Source: Bacteroidota bacterium
GTDB taxonomy: Bacteria > Bacteroidota > Bacteroidia > 2-12-FULL-35-15
NCBI GenBank assembly: GCA_040388455.1
Contig: JAZKBX010000100.1
Span: forward strand, 1 to 63,798
Direction: 5' to 3'
DNA: 63,798 nt
Shown here in pieces: positions 58,173 through 63,798 of the stretch (the first letter of the stretch is position 1; every line of letters begins with the position of its first letter). The translations under genes were made by a program, and so were the position numbers. The notes beneath the pieces were generated by a model, which was not told the origin of the DNA, did not search any database, and saw nothing but the letters and a program-made list of their open reading frames with translations.

Positions 58173-59987
58173 ATGAATAATACTTCAGAACATACTTTTC
58201 ATATTCCGGTAATGGGATTGGGGTATACAATTGACACACCAGTAAAGGTTGCCCGATTTGGTATATCCTCCGTGGTTTCAATAATACAAGACGTATTGGT
58301 GGAACAAATGCGTGAGTTTTATTGCAAAAAAGCCGGGGAAGAATATATCCATATTCCAATGGATGATATTGATCACAGGGCTAAACGGGTTACAGCTTAC
58401 CTTGATTTAATTCAGAATATTGTAGATAAACAAGTTGAAGAACTGAAAAAACAAGCTTTTGAAGAAGGGAATGATATCGTAAAATATTTCAGACTGCTTC
58501 CTGATAGTTCTCCTGTTAAACAATTTTATTTTGAAATGACAAAGTTAAGCGGTGAAGAGAAGGAACGTTGTCAAATAGAATTGCGAAGTAAAATTATTGC
58601 CGGAGCCATTGATGTGAATATCATGACGAAGATAGATAATCAGAATTATTCAAAAAAGAATGAACTTCTTCCAATGGAATATTCAGATGCACTTTCTGCA
58701 TTTCGCGGATTTGCCAACAGCTCACTTTCATCCTCTATTGTTTTTTCGGCAGGCTTAAACCCTCGTTTATTCGCCTATCTCGAAAGCTTTAAAGATTTCT
58801 TTCCTGATTCGGAAGGGAATATTAAAAAGAAAATTATTCTGAAAGTGAGTGATTACAGGTCAGCACTTATACAAGGAAAGTTTCTGGCAAAAAAAGGTGT
58901 GTGGATCTCGGAGTTTCGTATCGAGTCGGGCTTAAATTGTGGCGGACATGCGTTTCCTACTGAAGGTTACTTGCTGGGGCCTATTTTAGAAGAATTTAAA
59001 AATAAAAAAAATGAACTCACATCAGAACTTCTTACAATTTGTAATCGCGGACTTGAAGAAAAAAAATATAAAACGTTGCCACTTGAAACTGAAATTCGTA
59101 TCAGTGTTCAGGGAGGGATAGGAACTGCGCAAGAGGATGTTTTTTTAAGAGAATATTATAATGTGGAGGCCACCGGCTGGGGTAGTCCGTTTTTACTGGT
59201 TCCTGAGGCTACAAATGTGGATGATAAAACATTACAATTGCTTGCTAACGCAAAAAAAGAGGATTATTTTTTGAGTCATGCTTCTCCACTTGGGATTCCA
59301 TTTAATAATTTCAGAAAAAGCTCTTCTGAAGATCAACGAAAAACACGTATAGAAAAATTGAGGGCAGGAAGTCCGTGTTACAAAAAATATCTTTCTTTCA
59401 ATACTGAATTCACTGAAAAGCCAATATGTACTTCATCACGGGAATATCAAAATCTGAAATTAAAGGAGTTGACCAACCTTAATTTACCAAAGGCGCAATT
59501 TGAACGCAGATTTGATGAGATCACTGAAAAAGATTGCCTTTGTGAAGGCTTGTCTTCCACAGTGCTTTTAAAGAACAATATTCCGGATCACCATCGTTTG
59601 GAAGCTGTTACTATATGCCCCGGGCCAAATCTTGCTTATTTCTCAAAAACATTTTCTCTTGAGGAAATGGTTGACCATGTATATGGCCGTTTAAATGCGC
59701 TCAATGCATTGAACAGATCACACATGTTTATCAATGAACTTAAAATGTATATTGATTACCTGAAAGCTGAAGTGGATAAGAATTTTAATTCATTGACAGA
59801 TAAGCAAACAAAATATTTTTCCTCTTTCAAATCTAATCTTTTACAAGGGATAGAGTATTATAAACAGCTTATTCCAAATATGGCAAATGAAGCAGAAGAA
59901 TTTAAAAATAAAATGGCAGATGAGATCGAAACCATGAAAAATAACCTGACCAACTTTTATTTTGCCGAAGGTATAAAAACAGTATAA
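58173..59987 (+). CDS. Uncharacterised 604-aa protein with NMO/FabK-like FMN TIM-barrel motifs and a Cys-containing C-terminal region
   Basis: ESGLNCGGHAF, VQGGIGTAQED and GWGSPFLLVPEA resemble nitronate-monooxygenase-family blocks; five Cys between residues ~400 and 480. Confidence 0.5.
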   Translation: MNNTSEHTFHIPVMGLGYTIDTPVKVARFGISSVVSIIQDVLVEQMREFYCKKAGEEYIHIPMDDIDHRAKRVTAYLDLIQNIVDKQVEELKKQAFEEGNDIVKYFRLLPDSSPVKQFYFEMTKLSGEEKERCQIELRSKIIAGAIDVNIMTKIDNQNYSKKNELLPMEYSDALSAFRGFANSSLSSSIVFSAGLNPRLFAYLESFKDFFPDSEGNIKKKIILKVSDYRSALIQGKFLAKKGVWISEFRIESGLNCGGHAFPTEGYLLGPILEEFKNKKNELTSELLTICNRGLEEKKYKTLPLETEIRISVQGGIGTAQEDVFLREYYNVEATGWGSPFLLVPEATNVDDKTLQLLANAKKEDYFLSHASPLGIPFNNFRKSSSEDQRKTRIEKLRAGSPCYKKYLSFNTEFTEKPICTSSREYQNLKLKELTNLNLPKAQFERRFDEITEKDCLCEGLSSTVLLKNNIPDHHRLEAVTICPGPNLAYFSKTFSLEEMVDHVYGRLNALNALNRSHMFINELKMYIDYLKAEVDKNFNSLTDKQTKYFSSFKSNLLQGIEYYKQLIPNMANEAEEFKNKMADEIETMKNNLTNFYFAEGIKTV

Positions 59988-60026
59988 GGAAATGTTCAAT
60001 GTCATTGCTTTCCCTTCTTTCCCGCT

Positions 60027-60249
60027 GTAATTTTGTTATATCTTAATTGAGATTGTGTCCGATTAAAATAGGTAATAGATATAAGCAATTTAAAAGGTGC
60101 AAAACTATAATCCGAACAACAGTATAAAAACTGGTTTTTAATCAAGGAGTTTTTCGATCAGGAAAAAGATTGGATAGAATAAAAGTTTTAAAAGACCCTA
60201 AACTACCCTAAAACTTGACAGAAGTGATGAAAATCGCTTCTGTTTTTTT
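60027..60249 (+). ncRNA. Candidate small RNA, copy B (homologue of 9601-9824)
   Basis: Same TAatTTTG start and a terminator hairpin (60218-60243) followed by T7. Carries a compensatory G-C to A-T change in the stem relative to copy A. Confidence 0.55.
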
Positions 60250-60494
60250 ATTTCCAGCATTTCCACTTTGTTCCCAAAATCGACCCATTTAATTTGATTT
60301 ATTATTTATTGAATTAGGTAATAATGAATAATATAAATACTTCTGCTTTATATTACAATGTGGGCTGTCACCCAGAGCTTGTCGAAGGGTGTGAGTGGGA
60401 CAGCCCATATACTTCGACAGGCTCAGTATGACGTTCGCACGATTTAGCCTGAGTTCACATTAAAACGATTATAAGCTTAAGTGCCTAATTCAAA

Positions 60495-60977
60495 TTATTT
60501 TTTTAGTTGCATATTAATTACAGTCCATGCTGTTAATTTCTCTTTAAACGACATGGTATGTGCAGGGCTTGTTGAAGGCAATTTTGTGGATGGTATAGCG
60601 GATTGTTGATTCTTTAAAAAGTAATTGGACGATTGTTGACCGTTAAAAAACACATGATTGATATGAGTGTGTTTTGCAAAAAAAGCATTGAAATTATTTG
60701 CTTCCTCTTCTATAATGTTTACGTCTAAGCTACCTTTTCTTTCACAAACTTTAAGAACATCCCATAACGCAATTTGATTGCTTAATAATAATGTTTTTTT
60801 GATAGTATAATCACTTGAAAAAGGTTGGTCGAAAATAGCAAACATTATTTTCCAAAAAGCATTTCTTGGATGAGCATAATATTGGTTCATTTTTAAAGAA
60901 TCATTTCCGGGCATTGTTCCTAAAATGAGAATTTTGCTATCCGCATTTGAAATTGGTGGGAAAGAATAGATCTGCAT
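60495..60977 (-). CDS. DNA-deoxyinosine (hypoxanthine) glycosylase, UDG superfamily
   Basis: ILILGTMPG..S......YYAHPRN.FW. Confidence 0.7.
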   Translation of the reverse strand: MQIYSFPPISNADSKILILGTMPGNDSLKMNQYYAHPRNAFWKIMFAIFDQPFSSDYTIKKTLLLSNQIALWDVLKVCERKGSLDVNIIEEEANNFNAFFAKHTHINHVFFNGQQSSNYFLKNQQSAIPSTKLPSTSPAHTMSFKEKLTAWTVINMQLKK

Positions 60978-61126
60978 TATTTAATAACTAAATGATCTTA
61001 AAAATATTGTATCAGGTTTTTGTTTTAAAATCACTATAAAGTTTGAAGCTGGTCATAGTTTTTTGTTGAGGAGGAATATACATTTGAAGCGTAAAGAAAT
61101 TTTTATATTAATTTAAATTATTAAAA

Positions 61127-61432
61127 ATGAAAAAAATATTCTTTTGTTTTATGGCAACAGCGTTGTCGTTAACATTTGTACCCAAAGAAGTAACAGCAGT
61201 AACCAATTCTTCCACTATTCATGCGATGGATTCCTATGAAGCACAAAGATTAGTGAATAGATTGCAAGAGATCAAAACCCTCTCCAAATCAAAACTGACA
61301 TCACCTCAAAAAAGGAAATTACGACAAGAAGTGCGTTCAATTTCTGAAAGATTTAAGCAATCCGGCCCTGTTATTTATATTTCGGGAGGGGCGCTTATAC
61401 TGATTATTATACTATTGATCATTTTGTTATAG
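61127..61432 (+). CDS. Small hypothetical protein with a signal peptide and a C-terminal TM
   Basis: ORF only; N-terminal signal, Lys/Arg-rich helix, C-terminal ILIIILLIILL. Confidence 0.45.
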   Translation: MKKIFFCFMATALSLTFVPKEVTAVTNSSTIHAMDSYEAQRLVNRLQEIKTLSKSKLTSPQKRKLRQEVRSISERFKQSGPVIYISGGALILIIILLIILL

Positions 61433-61445
61433 ACTTTACTGGCAG

Positions 61446-61913
61446 GTTCATACTTATCCCGGTTCAAGACGCTATCCACAATTTAATAAAAAAGAATTAG
61501 AGTTTTTTTGCCGGAAAGTAATATTCAATATTCTCATTTTAAAAATTTAGGAGGAAGAAAGGAAAGCAAATCCTGATTCAAAAAATACGGCATGGAAAAG
61601 TCCAGCTTCCCATGGTTATGCCTATTATATGGAGACTGATTCATTTAAACAAGGAATAAAAAATCTGAAAAAAATTGCTTTAAGAGATCCAACGGCTTAT
61701 ATGTGTTCAGAAGCCGTATGGTGGCGTTGCCATCGTTCGCTTGTTTCCGATTATTTAAAGGCTTATGGTTGGAAAGTGATGCATATTATGGGAATTGGAA
61801 AAGCAGAAGAATATCCTTTTACTGCGCCTGCAAGTAGTGTAGAAGGGGAGTTGAGCTATCAAAAAACAGAAAAAATGGAACCCTTCTTTATTTTCCGAGC
61901 GAAAAAAAAATAA
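61446..61913 (+). pseudogene. DUF488-family gene remnant: 5'-truncated, with two compensating frameshifts
   Basis: The DUF488-like reading (..YPGSRRYPQFNKKELEFF / LPESNIQYSHFKNLGGRK / PDSKNTAWKS..YMETDSF..MCSEAVWWRCHRSL) needs a frame change in the T7 run at 61503-61509 and a change back near 61556-61566. Confidence 0.6.
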
Positions 61914-62083
61914 TATTTTTTTAAGTACATCTGAACACTTTAAATAATTTTTTCAGAAATGTAAATGGAATACCTCTTTAAAAAAAATATGAAAATGCGA
62001 AGTTTGTATCAAGGCTTTCATATTACTAAAATAGGTGATTCAGCGTAATAAGCATATATTTGAAAAAATATTTTTTAAACAAT

Positions 62084-63334
62084 ATGTCAGAAATTAAGGA
62101 ACCTGTACTCTCAAAATTTACTTCATATCAAATTCTCGTGATCGTTATACTTGCCCTGACGCAGTTTACTGTTGTTCTCGACTTTATGGTGATGTCGCCA
62201 CTGGGTGATATGTTAATGAAATCAATGGATCTGACAACAACGCAATTTGCATTTGCAGTATCGGCTTATGCTTTTAGCGCAGGTGTTTCAGGGATAGCAA
62301 CTGCCGGATTTGCAGATCGTTTCGATCGTAAAAAACTGCTACTGTTTTTTTATATTGGATTTATTTTAGGAACCCTGTTTTGTGGTTTAATAAGTTCTTA
62401 TCCTTTCCTGATAGCAGCACGTATTGTTACCGGGGTGTTTGGCGGAGTGATCGGATCCATATCAATGGCCATTGTCGCTGATCTTTTTGCTTTGGAAAAA
62501 CGCGGACGGGTGATGGGATTTATGCAAATGGGATTTGGTGCAAGCCAGATATTGGGAATTCCTATTAGTTTGTATATCGCAAATGCCTACGGTTGGCAAT
62601 CTCCATTTTTTATGATCGTTGTGCTTGCAACAATTGTATGGTTTGCTATTGTATTAAAAATGAAACCGATAGTAAAGCACCTTGAAGTGAAAAGTGATCG
62701 GAATGCCCTAACTCATCTTTGGCATACAATTAAAAACAGGGACTACCGTATAGGTTTTTTTGCAACAGCTTTACTTTCTGTTGGTGGTTTTATGATGATG
62801 CCCTGGGGCAGCGCTTTTGCAATAAATAATTTACATGTTACAGCAGAACAATTACCGCTTTTATTTATGGTTAGTGGCGTTAGTGCAATAGTAATAATGC
62901 CGGTGATAGGCAGGTTTAGCGACAAGATAGATAAATTTAAATTATTTGCGATTGCTTCCGTTTGGATGATCATTGCGGTAATAATCTACACCAACCTAAC
63001 TCCTGTTCCATTATGGATCGTATTGTCGGTAAATGTATTAATGATGATCGGGATGATGAGCCGCATGATACCTTCCATGGCATTGGCAACAGCTTTACCA
63101 AAGCTGCAGGACCGTGGAGCATTCATGAGTATTAATTCCTCATTACAACAATTTGCAGGAGGTATTGCAGCAAGTGTTGGTGGTTTTATTGTAGTGCAAA
63201 AAACTAAATACAGTCCGCTGGAGCATTACGATACCTTAGGATATGTGATAGTTGGAATAAGCATAATAGGTATATATGCGATCTACAGGGTAAGTAAGGT
63301 CGTGAAAAAACAATTGCATTTGAAAAAGGTGTGA
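62084..63334 (+). CDS. MFS transporter
   Basis: 12 TM; GF.ADRFDRKK loop 2-3 motif. Start at MSEIKEP preferred over the TTG at 62060. Confidence 0.8.
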   Translation: MSEIKEPVLSKFTSYQILVIVILALTQFTVVLDFMVMSPLGDMLMKSMDLTTTQFAFAVSAYAFSAGVSGIATAGFADRFDRKKLLLFFYIGFILGTLFCGLISSYPFLIAARIVTGVFGGVIGSISMAIVADLFALEKRGRVMGFMQMGFGASQILGIPISLYIANAYGWQSPFFMIVVLATIVWFAIVLKMKPIVKHLEVKSDRNALTHLWHTIKNRDYRIGFFATALLSVGGFMMMPWGSAFAINNLHVTAEQLPLLFMVSGVSAIVIMPVIGRFSDKIDKFKLFAIASVWMIIAVIIYTNLTPVPLWIVLSVNVLMMIGMMSRMIPSMALATALPKLQDRGAFMSINSSLQQFAGGIAASVGGFIVVQKTKYSPLEHYDTLGYVIVGISIIGIYAIYRVSKVVKKQLHLKKV

Positions 63335-63395
63335 TCGTAATAGTCTGAATTCGATAAATAATTTAGATTTTTTTGTTTAAATTCTTTTGGGCGTT

Positions 63396-63459
63396 TCCCT
63401 TTCTAAAAAGAAAGGGGCGGGCTTTCCGTTACAATCTTACCAGATAAAAATCTGGTAAG
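63396..63459. repeat. Intergenic hairpin-repeat element between convergent genes (likely terminator function)
   Basis: TCCCTTTCT-aaaa-AGAAAGGG and CTTACCAGA-taaaaa-TCTGGTAAG hairpins, embedded in a GGGCGGGCTTTCCGTTACAATC-type word common in Bacteroidota. Confidence 0.55.
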
Positions 63460-63622
63460 GATTTTCACTGCAATCCCTAACGCAGCATTTTCATTGAAAG
63501 AAAAGTTTTTCACGCTTGTATTGGATTTTAACAGAAAATAACAATCGAATCCGGATTAAATAAAAAAAGCCTTTCAGTTTCTGAAAAGCTCTTTTTTGTA
63601 TGAGTAGAACAATATTTAATCT

Positions 63623-63798
63623 TTAACCTTTCTTCACAAATTTAGTGAGTATTACAATCACCTGATCGTTGATCTTGCCTTCAATGTGCTCGTGGTTATC
63701 GCTTACAAGTTTAATTTTCTTTACTACAGTTCCTTTAGAAGCAGTAAAATTTGTTCCCTTTACATTAAGGGCTTGAGTAAGCACCACATTATCACCTG
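63623..63798 (-). CDS. phnA: PhnA-family zinc-ribbon protein, C-terminal part only (gene runs off the right edge)
   Basis: Reverse translation gives ..GDNVVLTQALNVKGTNFTASKGTVVKKIKLVSDNHEHIEGKINDQVIVILTKFVKKG*, matching the PhnA C-terminal domain. Confidence 0.7.
   Translation of the reverse strand, partial: GDNVVLTQALNVKGTNFTASKGTVVKKIKLVSDNHEHIEGKINDQVIVILTKFVKKG

Noticed and set aside
58081-58359. 92-aa minus-strand ORF overlapping the promoter and 5' end of the 604-aa gene
   Set aside because: It overlaps a well-supported promoter and coding start on the other strand and has no motif support.
1-63798. Mobile-element borders for the denitrification island
   Set aside because: No integrase, transposase, tRNA attachment site or long direct repeats were seen. 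Base composition looks uniform by eye, so horizontal acquisition cannot be supported from this window.

Overview
Low-GC Bacteroidota-type chromosomal segment, judged from a T9SS type-B C-terminal-domain protein, many lipoprotein signals, TAnnTTTG-type -7 promoter elements and almost no Shine-Dalgarno use. The left edge (1-9.5 kb) is housekeeping and stress genes: ribE, a T9SS adhesin-like protein, DUF892, DUF4142, BON, Hsp20 and OmpA. About 50 kb then forms an anaerobic N-oxide respiration island. It contains: (i) a clade-II nos cluster (cyt c, nosZ, nosB/nosL ORF, nosD, nosF, nosY); (ii) a Tat-exported 1159-aa NarG/NxrA-like molybdoenzyme with an FeS beta subunit, an EbdC-like haem-b gamma subunit, a TorD-like chaperone, its own tatA, a cytochrome c and an AlgE-type porin, followed by a full Moco/bis-MGD pathway; (iii) a NorC/NorB-like pair whose NorB lacks canonical active-site ligands; (iv) an NO-damage cluster (RIC, DUF1858/DUF2249, a 12-TM protein built from three 134-aa repeats, DUF59) plus a second 12-TM His-motif protein next to nos; (v) a U32-ferredoxin-YhbP module, a radical SAM/SPASM enzyme and a class II RNR; (vi) four CRP/FNR regulators and about 20 copies of a 14-bp palindrome ATGAY-N4-RTCAT, mostly at a fixed distance from -7 elements. 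A promoter- and terminator-bounded element of about 224 nt occurs twice and is a candidate sRNA. I saw no nirK/nirS, narK, transposase, integrase, tRNA, rRNA or CRISPR array. All family calls come from motif recognition by eye; no searches were run.
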